Origin: Octopus vulgaris
Lineage: Eukaryota
DNA: 64,000 nucleotides
NCBI GenBank assembly: GCA_951406725.2
Contig: OX597816.1
Span: 35,154,001-35,218,000, forward strand
Direction: 5' to 3'
The translations under genes were made by a program, and so were the position numbers. Position 1 is the first letter of the stretch. The number at the start of each line of letters is the position of its first letter. This document shows, one piece after another, positions 28,963 to 42,045 of the stretch. The notes under the pieces are model-generated. The model saw only the letters and a program-made list of their open reading frames with translations, searched no databases and had not been told where the DNA came from.

Positions 28963-29281
28963 TTTTTCAATTAGATTTATTATTATTATTACTAATATTG
29001 TTGTTATACATACATACAAGCATATGTAATGATAATAATGGGTGGATGTAAACACATGAACAAAATTAGAACAAAAGCAACAACAACAAAAACAAAATAC
29101 AAATTACAAGAATGTATATAACCAGAAGATACAAATATTACAGGCATCCCCCCCACACACACACTAAATAAACATAGACGCACATAGAGATATAAGCATG
29201 CGCAAATGAAGACATACAATAGAAATACAAAATGGCTGACGGTTAGTAAGGAGAGACACAAGTATGTGAGAAGAAAACAAA

Positions 29282-29326
29282 GGACCACTGATGCGGTCAC
29301 AGGAGTGTGACGAAAGAACTTTGGCC
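29282..29326 (+). ncRNA. Hammerhead-like motif in the PLE terminal repeat
   Basis: GGACCA CUGAUGC G GUCAC AGGAGU GUGAC GAAA GAAC UU/UGGCC. Confidence 0.6.
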
Positions 29327-29444
29327 GAAATAAGATTAAGATTAATGTAAAAAATAAATATCACTGAAGCAAAATAACACCAAATATATAGTGCGTGTGT
29401 TTTTATTGGCTAAACTGGCAATATGACCATTCCGAAATATAACA

Positions 29445-29478
<34 letters not shown>

Positions 29479-29480
29479 AT

Positions 29481-29511
<31 letters not shown>

Positions 29512-29546
29512 CATGTATGTATGTATGTATGTATGTATAAAGACTG

Positions 29547-29586
<40 letters not shown>

Positions 29587-29602
29587 GCTTAAAAAAAAAA
29601 AA

Positions 29603-29643
<41 letters not shown>

Positions 29644-30789
29644 TATATAAATATAATATAACAGAGAGAGAGAAGGGTGGATTGGTTTTATCTTTTTAAT
29701 TTATATTTTATATCCTTAAAATATAAATCACGTAATATCTATCAGATATATTAATAGAAGCAAAATAAGCAATACTTTTCAAGTTTATTTCGATTATGTT
29801 TGTATGTACATGTTTGTTTAAATGACAATATTCCTAAGGTAGTTTTTGAAATTCCTTGCTTGTGTTTAATATAATAACAAATCAAATTTTTTGCATATAA
29901 ATATTTACATCCACATTTTAATAGCTTTTTGCTCTTATCGAGATATAAAATAAGGATTTCAACGAGGTGATTCAATGTTAGTGCCAATATACTAACAATG
30001 ATTGATTTACAACTACGTTCCCTTATATGCAATATATACACATATGTGGGTCTGTGTTTGTGCGATTGATTATGTGTGTCATTGTTTCAGAGAGTGATGG
30101 GAAAAGGTTGTATATATTTATAAATATAACCGTATCTTCATTTTTTAATATCTGTGTCGGTTAACGTGTGTGAATTTGTATATACTCAATGTTGACTATG
30201 TATGTAATTTTAGAATTACTAGACTATTATTAATATGTATATTAAATATGTGAAATATGCAAATGTGGCATACGGTAAAGAGTTTGCTTCCTAAGCATTC
30301 AGGCCCGGTATCAGTCCCGATACGTGATACCATAGGGGAAATTCTTTATTCTTAGGGCGACTAATTGAAAGAAGCCCGTCTTCCATACGTAAATGTGTAT
30401 GTGTGTGACTGTATATATGCATGCATCGGTGGGCGTGCGCGCGCGCGAAAGTGACTGTGTTTGTTTGTTTGTTTGTTATTTTATAAGTGTTTGTTTCTGA
30501 TGACCGTTTCACAACAGATGCGTTTTCGACTCTGTAAAAAACGAACTCGGAAAAAAAAAATATTCTAGAGAAAACGTCTCAAGCTTAGAAAATAAAGTAC
30601 GTCCGACGAAAGCTTCCAAGGCGTTGTCTCATATTGGCTGCAGTCTAATGAGCGAAGCAATTAAAAGATAAAAAATAAAATTTATATCTACAGAGTACGT
30701 TTAATAATATTTTAATGGCAAATCAACTTTCGTAACACAGATAGAATCGAAACAATTTCATATAATTTTCGCGGGATTGACGTAACCAT

Positions 30790-30835
30790 TTATTTTGTCA
30801 TACTACTACTCTTGCTGCTACTGCTACCACTGCCG

Positions 30836-30871
<36 letters not shown>

Positions 30872-31835
30872 TTACTACTACTCCGACTACCTCTGCACTT
30901 GAATAGCAGATCCCTACGTGCATTACTATTTCTTGTTTTGCTCTTTCTGCCGTTATCCTTGCTGTCGCTAAAGTGCTTGACGGGAATTATATTATGCACA
31001 TAAACTTCAGAAACTGTTAATTTATAACATCGCTCGTATTTATCATTTACCAAACAATACGCGTCACATTCATTTGAACATGAATCCATGACTGCAATAT
31101 CTTGAAATGAGGTAAGCATTTCAACTACTGCTTCTACATACACTTCTGATACAGTCGAGTTCAAATATATAGTCATCTGTCTAAACCCGTTACTGTATAA
31201 ATTTATAGGAGATGCATTGTTGCATGGTACTTTACACCGCTGCCTCTCATTGGAATACGATATAGATATACTTAAAGGAACAACACTCCAGTTCCCTTGA
31301 CAATGGAAATGCTTACAATAATTGTCAGTGACAGTACCTTCGTTGCAGTCTCTACTCGATGGAACGCATTGTTCATTTAGGCATGTAAGGTACTGCGAAG
31401 TGCATCCTTGTTTGTTTAGTTTACATGCCGGTTGCGGCGAATATGTATATACATACTTGGACAATAGTACACTCAACTCTATGGCTTGTTTTATGGTAAC
31501 AGGAATTACACAAATACTACGGTTCAATGGATAGATATCATCAGATGGATACATTTGTGTTATGTCTTTACCAGGTCGGGCTTTCTCTTTCAAGAAGTAA
31601 TCCCAGACTAAGTCATAAAATGAATGTAGTATCCAGAATACAGGATCACTGGGTGAAACTGAAGAATCCTGCATGTCTCCACCAACAAAGGCGTGGCTTC
31701 TATTGTGTACAAGCTCCAATTTTGTAAATGGATAATGAAGCACACTCAATAGCATTTCCATCGTTGGAAGATCGTCGTTGTTTCCAAGGTATCTTTGTAC
31801 AAATCCGCGATCATGTGACCAGTCTTTAAAAATAC
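30790..31835 (-). CDS. tyr: Tyrosinase-like protein, last coding exon (CuB site, Cys-rich C-terminal region, poly-Ser tail)
   Basis: Acceptor TAG at 31838-31836. The frame continues into ORF 30790..31761: ELVHNRSHAFVGGDM...SPSDPVFWILHSFYD is the CuB motif. Stop at 30790. Confidence 0.93.
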
Positions 31836-32075
31836 CTATATAATGAAAACAACAAAATAAACATTCCGTTACGAAATTATAGAGCAGGATAGAGTAAATG
31901 ATTTATTTCCATACGAAAATTATTTGTTAATCTTTTGAGTGAATATAGATATATATATTTATAGAAGGGAAAAAATAACATTTTCCGTTTACATATATTT
32001 CATAAGTATCTAATATATCTGTATTTGATTATAGATCAATATATGTTTAATGAATTTTATCTTAATTGTATGTGG

Positions 32076-32166
<91 letters not shown>

Positions 32167-32171
32167 TGTAT

Positions 32172-32225
<54 letters not shown>

Positions 32226-32227
<2 letters not shown>

Positions 32228-34056
32228 AAATGGATAAATGAATTATCTTGTTACGGATTATTCAAATTATAACCGATACCTGGGTAGCAAAAATCACAAC
32301 AGAAAAATCGCGGTTGAGGTTACGACCATGGGGTATCGCAACCGTGCCGTAGTGCGGATATATTTAGTGAGGGAAGAAATGGAGCTGAACGAAGATTTTA
32401 CAAAATTCCTTTTTATTATTTTCTACACATGTTTCAAAGGCTGCAAATTCCCTAATTCGGATTGAATAAGGAGACCATTTTGCAGCTTTCTCTTCAGGAA
32501 AACCCAGGAACTTAAATCTCCAAACAAATGCCCAGCAAGCTTTTCGAACAAACGCTCCCTAGGAGCCCATGGTATGAATGGCACAAAACTGTCTCTCAAT
32601 ATACGCTGACGTCAGGGTGGGTGAAGGCCGACGAAAAAGTCCGTTGAGATAATTCGAGGTCAAATTCCGGTTAACATTGGGTAGAGGAAGAATTACAGAA
32701 AACCAAAAAGTGTGAATATATTCTGTATAACTAGTGTTAATGTTCGAATTGTTTTAAGAATGAAAGCTATCTTATTTGGGTGTGAGAAACTACCTACATG
32801 TATGTGTGTGTGCGCCTATGTATGTGTGGCAGTATGTTTAGGAAGCAGCTAGGGAGAAATATATTGCAGCTATTGTTGGTCAAGCAGCTGATAAAAACCT
32901 GTGTCTGTGTGTTCGTCTGTGACCAGTTTATAGACAGATGACTTGTCAACAAGGGGAGTATAATCCCTGATATTGTTTCTAAAAAAGTAGCAGAACATAC
33001 GCTAAAAGGGGAGTAATTTCCCCTTTCAAATTTAATTCAAAATTTTTTTCCAAATCTTTTTCAAAAACTTTTTTCCTTTCTTAGGACATCAAGGTGTTAA
33101 TTATCTTAGACTTCAATTGTATGCAAGAAATGTATGCCGCCTCCAGTGGGGACATCTAAAAGAGTTTTGCAAAGTCGAGTTAACTAGCTGCCCTCGGGCG
33201 AACAAAATGTGAAAAGTTTCAGAGTTGCAAAGATTACAGATTCTTTTGCCTCTATCAAACGGTACAGACACCGATAAAATCGACCATTCCAGTCTAAAGG
33301 CTGAATTCGCGTTCTTCAAACGCCAGACTAATTTACTTAGTCCGGTCGCGTGTTGCTTTCCAAAATCGCGAAACGTTGTGAAGTGGTTCGATATTCTCAC
33401 GGCCAATTATGATGATGACGCTCCGATATACAAGTAGACATCTGATTCAGTATAAACTCTGCATTGGTAAATGGCATTTCTAATCTTGGAATTACTAGAT
33501 AAGAACCTTATTCTATTGGGATTGGCTTCCGATATTAATACGGCGTTCTTATTAATATGATGATTGTAAGAACTACGGCTGTCTTCGACATTATACGCCC
33601 CATTATCAATACTATTTAATGGAATATCACCTGTATATTCCCTGCCACTGAGATCGCTGTGATTGCTAATGTCCGTGATGCTACTGTTGTTAAACCCGCT
33701 GCTAAAATTGTTATTGGGACTCTCTACATTAATGACTCGGACAGTGCTCTCATCCCTATTACCATTACTAACGTTAATGCCGTCACCATTGCTCTTATCC
33801 TTATTCCTATTATTAACTCCATGGCTGGTATGGAGATTGCTAATCTCTGTGCCGGTTCTATTATCATTATTATTATTATTATTATTACTGCGCGTTATTC
33901 TGGCATTAGACGGAGCTGCGTGTCCGAACATGGGTGAGAGGGTCTTATTTAGCAGCTTATTGTTATGGGAGGAAATTATCTGTGAGAGATTTTTAGTATT
34001 GGAGAAGGCTATCCTAACTTTGTGTGAGTTAACAGTGGCGTAATTTCTTCCCTCAC

Positions 34057-34058
<2 letters not shown>
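32226..34058 (-). mobile_element. 5'-truncated Penelope-like element in tyrosinase intron 3, inserted in (TA)n
   Basis: [23 protein letters not shown]...NAIYQCRV...YIGAS*..RISNH..TF...TGLSKLVWRLK...C-x2-C-x2-E (GIY-YIG), one in-frame stop at 33407, and a 3' region with an HHR. Confidence 0.85.
32419..32503 (-). ncRNA. Type I hammerhead ribozyme with canonical core and long stem II
   Basis: UUUUC CUGAAGA G AAAAGCUGCAAA-31 nt-UUUGCAGCCUUU GAAA C AUGU G UA/GAAAA. Confidence 0.75.
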
Positions 34059-34129
<71 letters not shown>

Positions 34130-34267
34130 ATACATATATATATATATTTATATATATATATCCATAATTATTAATATCAGTGTAAACAAAATTAAAAAAA
34201 TGTTCAGTACCTGTGGCCTAGCGTTTAGAAAAATTAGTCAATAGACTATATATTATTCATATAAATG

Positions 34268-34798
34268 CAGTGTACATTTAAACACATAAGAGGTATCCGT
34301 CATAGGATTCCTTTCACGCTAGAAGGAAAAGCTAAAGTCCAAACCACTATTAGGGATAAAAACTCGAAGGGAATGAAAAATATAAACATTTACCATCTAT
34401 CTGCTAGACCATGGTTTCAGACATTTTTAGCAAATATAATATTTTCTAGGCGAAGTCTTCATCAACAGGTACGCCTAGATTAAACATATAAGTACGAGAC
34501 AAATCCAGCATGTGCCTCTTGCTTGCGCGGTGGATTTGATAAATTATAATGTATAAGCAAGAGGCACTTGCTGGATTTGCCTAGTACTTATATGTTAAAT
34601 CTAGGCGTACCTGTTGATGAAGACTTCGCCTAGCAAAATTATTTTATTTGCTAAGGAAGCTTGAAACCATGGTCCAGGGGATAAATGGTAAATGTTTTTA
34701 TTTTTCATTCTCCTCCAGTTTTTATCCCTAATAGTGTTTTTAAATTTCGCTGTTCCTTCTAGATGACGAATAACCCTTATGTGTTTAAATGTACACTG
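34268..34798. mobile_element. Foldback MITE with Tc1-like CAGTG termini
   Basis: Arms of about 250 bp (34268-34524 / 34555-34798) with a ~30-bp spacer; ends CAGTGTAC / GTACACTG|TA. Confidence 0.8.
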
Positions 34799-34851
<53 letters not shown>

Positions 34852-35173
34852 TAAATTGGCATTTATGTCTCGTAACTTTTTGAATCAACCTTCTCGGCTC
34901 TATCACTCTCCTGACCACATTAAAGAGAAATAAATTTGACCTTCAAAATACAATTATGTCAACTGGCTTTCGATTGTTTACTTGACAGATTAGTACTTGT
35001 TTTCTCAAACATCAACTGTCTTTTCGTAGATATAAATACGTTCACGAAGATTTAAGTTTCTTTAACCAAAATATAACTCTATATGTATAATACTAGATAA
35101 ACAGCCTAGGAATTTTAAGACATATACTAATCAACAGTAATGCATGGGAAGAGCATCTTACTCTATTTCTTAC

Positions 35174-35319
35174 CATTTTTTATTCTACCAAAACCATTTC
35201 CCATGAAATCTTCTGTCCAAATATTGGATAGCGCTGCATCAGGAAGTCGTTCGTCTATAGTCACATCCCAATAAGGAATAGTAAGATTGCTGTTAATCTG
35301 GCGTAAAGCTTCCTCAAAC
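35174..35319 (-). CDS. tyr: Tyrosinase-like protein, coding exon 3
   Basis: ttctttag|G FEEALRQINSNLTIPYWDVTIDERLPDAALSNIWTEDFMGNGFGRIKN(G)|gtaaga. Contains the FE-ALR and PYWD motifs; phases 2/1. Confidence 0.93.
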
Positions 35320-38300
35320 CTAAAGAAATAATTACAATTATTCAATCACGAAAAATATGTGTATGGCATAAAAAACAACGTATACAAATATTTAGATGTG
35401 CAACAAACAAAACCAAGCATAATCTTCAGCATATTGTGCGATTTACAACACATATTAATCAACATTAGACATGTTTCTCTCGATGCTATAATGTTGAGAA
35501 TCGTCAATAGTTCTAGGGCGTAAATTTGTATTTCAGATAAACCATAGCTATTTAATATAGGACCAATTGTAATTGAATATATCTTATTTAAAATGGGGTT
35601 TCTAGTCCAATGTAGAGTTGCAAGGATTTTTAAATACGGTTTAAACAGTAACTGTGAAACTATGTCACTGTTCAACAGATCTAAGATATTATTTTTGATA
35701 ATATTTTTGATTGAGCGAAAATATTACATAAAACATTAAAAATACAATTAATCATAACATTGACTACGTTTATCATTCTGGCTGGTATCTACTGGTTCAT
35801 CGCATTATGAAATATACAGAAGCCACATTATTTCCTCTCTCATTTACGTGTGGACAGCTGCATTAAATTAGAAATGCAAGATGAAATTTCTGTTGCGATG
35901 GAAGTTCAAATAGAGCAGAATTAAAGAACAACCAGCATACTGGGTCAAAAATCGAGAAGAGAAATCAGAAATACGCTGCAGTGAGTGACCGGGAAAAGTT
36001 TAGGTCATCATAAATACTCTGGGAACAATCAGGCCGGGTTTACTTCGGAAAGTCTAAGAGGAAATTGGATATTTTGATTCACTATTGAGATTCTTCAATA
36101 GTAGAAAGCTTTTGAAATATTATATGTAGTGAAGGATATATTAATAGTTAAATTTATCTCAAAATATAGATTGTGAGATATTAATTCCAAAATGGTTTAA
36201 ACCTTACTTTCTGTTCTATACACACATATATGTAAAAATATGGTTTCTCAAAATATAGTATCAATATCATCATGGCTGCCAAGCGTAAGAGAATAGGGGT
36301 GAACAAACATTTATTTGGAAAACATGGCTTCAAGACATGTAAAAGTTTAACATGCAACAAATATTTGAATGTATGCGATGTATTTCACTTTCTATACTTT
36401 GAACCAATGTGAATATTTCTCTGAGGTAACTAATGTTGTTTCATCAAACAAATGTTCGAATAATAAAGTTCAATTGAGAAAAATTATATGGGCTTTTGTT
36501 ATTTTCGTTTACTCTCCATTAGCGTTACTCGAACAGTATATTAACTAGTCAGTGATGGGACTTCTTAGACACCTTATCTAAGATTACTTGTTAATGTGGC
36601 ATGGTGAGATTTCACGCAGCTTCGGCTGCCGTTTCTTGACAGTCACAGGAGTGAATACCCACTTTCACTTCTAGCAAGCCATGATACTATAACAAAGCAG
36701 GCCCGGTCTTAGTCAAGCATATTTACAATCGGCAGAAATCCTGCATAGGGAATTAAAACTATAAAAGTTATTCAAATGCCGGAATAGTTTTTAAGGCAAT
36801 GTCTGTAAAAAGAATTCTCCCATAATTTAAGAAAGAATAAAAAGAAAATAGAAACAAATATATTTCGGAAAAAATATGAAAATGTAGGAAAAGTTTGACA
36901 ACGAAAGTAAAAAGGAAAGAAATGAATAACCACAGAAAATTTGACAGGGGAAAAAAGAATGAGAACAGAATGACAATGAGATGGAAAATAAATAAGTGAT
37001 ATAATTTATGTTGCATGAACAAAAGAAAGTCTACGAAAAGATACAATTTCTATTTAAATATACACTATCATGGCACTGTATAAATCAAGTGGTGATATAT
37101 TACCGAACAACTTTTCATAAAAAAATATTGCATTGTTTTAAATTTGTGGTCGTGGATACTGTGTTACATAGAACAGTTAACAAAACATTACTTTTACTTA
37201 GCAGGGCCTGGTCATTTAGCGTTAGAAATTTAAAAATACGTGATTTTTGTACCAGGTGATCCATTTCTGCACTTGAGAACAGAAGGATAACATAATAGTA
37301 AAGCAAAATCGAATGATAAATTATAATTACCCATTAATTTTTTAACCAGATTCTGGATGCATTTCTACTGTAACACAGCAACCATAATCAAATATGTAAT
37401 ATGAATACGGTATATCATTTATACAAACAGGAATGCGAATAGATATCATGTGCAACAATACGACCTAGATAACTCTACTGAAATCTTGACGTTTGCAGGA
37501 AGCAATGGTTGTGGAATGAAGAGAGTCGTTTAGGATTTTCTGACTGGGCGCTCTCCGAAAATGATCAGTATAATTACCGGAAATTTTCAAGATTGTGAAT
37601 TAGAACGAGCAGAAGCTGATTGGCTGAAGAGCGTAGGTCTTGAGAAAATTGTGGCCGCTTATTCTTTATTAAATCAACGCATTTATTAATTATTTCATTA
37701 TTTTTGTACCGGTTAAGTGGATCGTGTAAACGCATACATTATTTATTACTACTACTGTTTAACTCGGGGACAGTCTTGAAGGAGTAGCTGCATAATGCAA
37801 GGCTTCCCGTGCTCGGCTGTCTAAATAAGCTATATATTTCGTAATATTCTATGGCGTGATATAATGGAAACTCGCTTCTATACGTAGCAGGTCAGAAAAC
37901 AACTCGTGGTTTCATTTATACAATTTACGTTATACGAGTAATGCTAATTATTTCTTACTGCAAATAGTTTGAAATTGTTATACTAAAAGTGTACTTTAAT
38001 TGTGACTGTAAAGTTCAATCTCATCAAAAATGTAAGAGACAATTTAATGAAAAGTTCTACTTTCCTCAGAGGATTTCAACTACTATGGTTTCATTCATTT
38101 CATTTATATTTTCTAATCATACCCAGTGTCTCTATATACATAATTTGTATCAAATATACACAATGAGAATATAACTTCTAAATTTCGCTATTTACAATAA
38201 ACTCCATTTTCTGCTCCAGACGTTTAAGTTTGATCCAACATAACCATGAGGTATGTCTTAAAAGCTATATTGACTTTCATTGTAAAACCGCTCAGGCAAC

Positions 38301-38424
38301 ATTTCCATCTATGAAAAACAACGTGTACAATATTTTGTACAATGTTTCACTTCATATAATTCAATAAAGTGTCTGTTTACATCGGGAATCAGAGATACAA
38401 AACTGAAAATAAAAGGGGACTTAC

Positions 38425-38537
38425 ATAGAAAGATATAACCTATGCCATATAATAAATGTCGGCCCACCATGTGCCACTTGAGAATGTTCGTCTCTGTGAA
38501 GGAGGACCAATGCCATGAATTTATTTGGAGGTACGCT
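38425..38537 (-). CDS. tyr: Tyrosinase-like protein, coding exon 2 (CuA site)
   Basis: Not in the ORF track; translated by hand: ttctttcag|SVPPNKFMALVLLHRDEHSQVAHGGPTFIIWHRLYLS(AT)|gtaagt. Carries the three CuA His (LLH, AHGGPTF, WHR). Phases 0/2 match the neighbouring exons. Confidence 0.93.
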
Positions 38538-39344
38538 CTGAAAGAACAATTATTCTGGATTTCAGTCATCTATGTTTCCGAATTTTTTTTTATACATGGT
38601 GAAAGTAGAGGAAAAGTTAAACAGATCAATGTATTTTAATGAAATCTTATTATCTGCGACTGTATGAGGATAAGTAATTGATATATAATAGAAAATACAT
38701 GTTTCGCTATATTGTTAATTTGAAAATTTCCCAGAGAAAATGTAAAGCAAATGTTATTAGATTGGCTCCAATGCTGTATAGATATGGTAGAGTATGCAAA
38801 TGTTACAAAAACATTCCAAGCTATTTACAGTCTAATTTGTTTCGTTGTTTTTTTATATTTTTTCAGTTTTTCTTTTTTATTTTGTAATGCAGTCAACATT
38901 AGCGCAACTTCATTATTACCTTAAATGTCTTCCCTTTACTAACGGCATTCTAAATATTTTCACACTTTAAGAAATTTAAATTAGATTATTCCTACGAAAG
39001 AAAGTTTAAAACACTATTATTTCTAATCGAAAACAATGTTTTTATTCTATGTCTGTTATTGCTAAAGAAAGTATTTTTTTAGAAACGGTAGTGACATTTC
39101 CAGATATAATCTATCTAATACTTACCGCAAAAGAAAAGTAAAATAAATACGAATTCCGGATTGATTAAAACCGCATGGATATTTTAAGTCAATGTAAAAG
39201 GAGATGGCTGAGAAATTCGTTTCTTGGGATGTAAAACATTATATAAAAATTTCATTCAAAATATTTGGGAAGAACTATGATATCAGCTAACACGATTTTC
39301 TTTCATATTTGTAGATTATACAGGAGGGATATTGATAATCTCCT

Positions 39345-40030
39345 TGCAGGCCCTACGACACCAGTGGGCTCAACATCATTAATGCTTCTTTGAAACTATC
39401 ACTGGCCTATTCATGCCGGAAGGACTCAAACAAAGTGGAGTTTCCAAAAGAAATGTGTGATAAAGAAAAAGGACCAGAGAAAACGAAAAGCACGGAGCCA
39501 ATGTAATTGGGAGGACCAAGAGCGGTGAAGAAGAAAGAGAATCACGTCCATTTATGCTCAGTACGAGGGGTAAGGAACATACCAGTTCCAAGAAACAGAA
39601 CCTATCTGAGTAATGGCTGGAAAGTCACAGAGGAGGGTGCACACCAGAGCGTGAAAGGCTGAAGCGTTTCTGGTAATAGGCTTCAGAGCTCGTATCAGTA
39701 TTAACGTCCCTGATGTTGGGGTAGCACTCCAGTGTGACGCATGATATGAGTCATGTAGAATGGCATCGACTGTTGGAATGTTTTCTGGCACCTGTAGATG
39801 GCACGTCTATGTGATGCAATCATAAACTTGGTGAGGACCGAATTTCACCACGAGTTATCGTTGAATATATTGAAACACAATGAATGTAAGATCTCAAGCA
39901 AAGCTCCAATTAGTTTTAGGGATAAGGCTTTGCGTTGATGGTGTCTTTATATGAGTAGGACTTGATATATTCTTCTTTGCTCTGTTCTTTCAGAAGAACA
40001 GCATATCCATGGTTACACTGAAAAATGCTC
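39345..40030 (-). mobile_element. Degenerate LINE 3' ORF2 fragment
   Basis: Broken frames with HWSA...LIRALKPI and LFLYH..LLETPL, resembling post-RT regions of Jockey/CR1-like LINEs. Confidence 0.45.
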
Positions 40031-41049
40031 CGATGACTTCCGTTGAGAGAAACTATGAAAATGTGGCGTGTAGCATATAGACTGTTTATTTTAAACAGTT
40101 TGCTGTAGGGAGTGCGACCTAAGCAGTGTGTAGATTATATATGTCTGGGGAATATGAACAGGTGTTTCGTCTGTATAGATTTTGGCGCTGTTAGATGTGT
40201 TAGAAAATCGTGGCACTCCGTCGGTTACGACGACGAGGGTTCCAGAATGCACAGGTATAAAGAGAGCCAAAGCCATTATTTGCAAAGGTAACAGCATGTA
40301 TTACGCTTTTGCTACTAGTTTAAGATAAATATGAATCGGGAGCAAACACAGACACACACTTTTCCCTCTTCAATTTAATAACATTGAGCGTTACGTGCCT
40401 GAGAGAAATATGTTTACTCCAGCATTCAGCTAACATTCATTTCCAGGTGAATTGGTTTCTGAGATGGGGGAAAACGGGTGGTGTGTTCCAAGATTGATTC
40501 CACCCGTTCCAAGATTCTAAAACACCGTGTGTATTGTACTTGACTCAACACCCTAACCACTAAAAACATGCGCCCTCGAAATTAGAAGTACAAAGTGTTT
40601 AAAGCATATTTGATGTGACGTTTAGCAGCTTCAAGCAATAGTAAAATAACGTCAAGGATGAATGTGGTCTAGCTAATAGAATACCAAAGATGATGCGTTT
40701 TTAGATGATTCTAAGCTGACAACTGAATGCCATGTATGGTGTTCATGAGAACTGTAGCGCATTTAATTTTAAATTGGAAGGAAGACAGATATTTCTCGTA
40801 AGAAATGCCTTGTAAATATATACTTCAAAATAGAAAACTGTATCATTTGAACAAACAAACGCAGCAGGAGAATTTGAGAATTATCACACGCATTCAATGA
40901 AGTCAGGAAAATATCTGTCACACCAGAATTTGCTTATTCTGCCGGTTTCAAGTCAAAAATATTATAGAACAATGCCACCAAAGTAAGCACTTTCGCATAT
41001 CTCTTTACTTATTGGTTGCCTGAAGATATATATGATGTTTATTTTATGA

Positions 41050-41328
41050 ACATTGAAATTCCTCCTTTTTCATCAATTGAAAAAATATCTTACGAAGCAG
41101 GCTCTCGAGACAGCATCTAAACTTATAAAAATGAATGGGCGACCGACTAATACACACACACACACACATATGCGTGTATATATATATATATATATATATA
41201 TATGCAGGCATATGTGTGTGTGTGTGTGTATTAGTCGGTCAACCATTCATTTTTATAAGTTTAGATGCTGTCTCGAGAGCCTGCTTCGTAAGATATTTTT
41301 TCAATTGATGGAAAAGGAATTTCAATGT
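41050..41328. repeat. Near-perfect palindrome with a (CA)n-(TA)n-(TG)n centre
   Basis: About 120-bp arms, for example cttacgaagcaggctctcgagacagcatctaaac versus gtttagatgctgtctcgagagcctgcttcgtaag. Confidence 0.92.
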
Positions 41329-41355
41329 GTGTGTGTGTGTACGTAAATATATATG

Positions 41356-41413
<58 letters not shown>

Positions 41414-41913
41414 AGAGAACAAGGTGTACGTTACGCCGCAATAATATATGTATAAAAATTATATATAAAAAAACAAAATGGGACAAGAACGCAAAACACA
41501 CAACGAGACGACACAAAAAACGGACGGGTCATTCGAAGCCTCTAATCTTCAGTCAGGAACCGGATCATCCTAGCAATTTCGGCTGATTAATCCAGATATC
41601 GCTCCGATCCAGCCAGTCCCAAGGAAAAACTAAGCTACGAGCATTAGATTTCTTGGAAAAAGGATCGAATGTATACGAAACAAGAACAGAAAAACGGACG
41701 ATGCCACACGAATATAAATACAAAAAACAAAAAAAAAAAAAAACAAGAATAGTGATAACAGGACAAAAACAGCGGGTGCCTTACGACTTTAGACAGTTTA
41801 ACTTATCTTAGCTGGCGTATTTTGAAATAAATACCTTTGCAGCAGACGAAGAGAACAGTGTTGTCGTGGCGGCGGTCAAAGGCCGAAAGGCTAGTTGACG
41901 AGCTGTCATCGTC

Positions 41914-42039
<126 letters not shown>

Positions 42040-42045
42040 CATTAT

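Larger units (their letters stand above)
26554..29448 (-). mobile_element. Young 5'-truncated Penelope-like retroelement with a ~1.1-kb inverted terminal duplication
   Basis: Arms 26604-27709 and 28349-29448 are near-identical reverse complements flanking unique RT-thumb sequence. Confidence 0.92.

Noticed and set aside
38309-38569. ORF-track protein over exon 2
   Set aside because: Wrong frame; the real coding frame is the spliced CuA exon 38537-38425.
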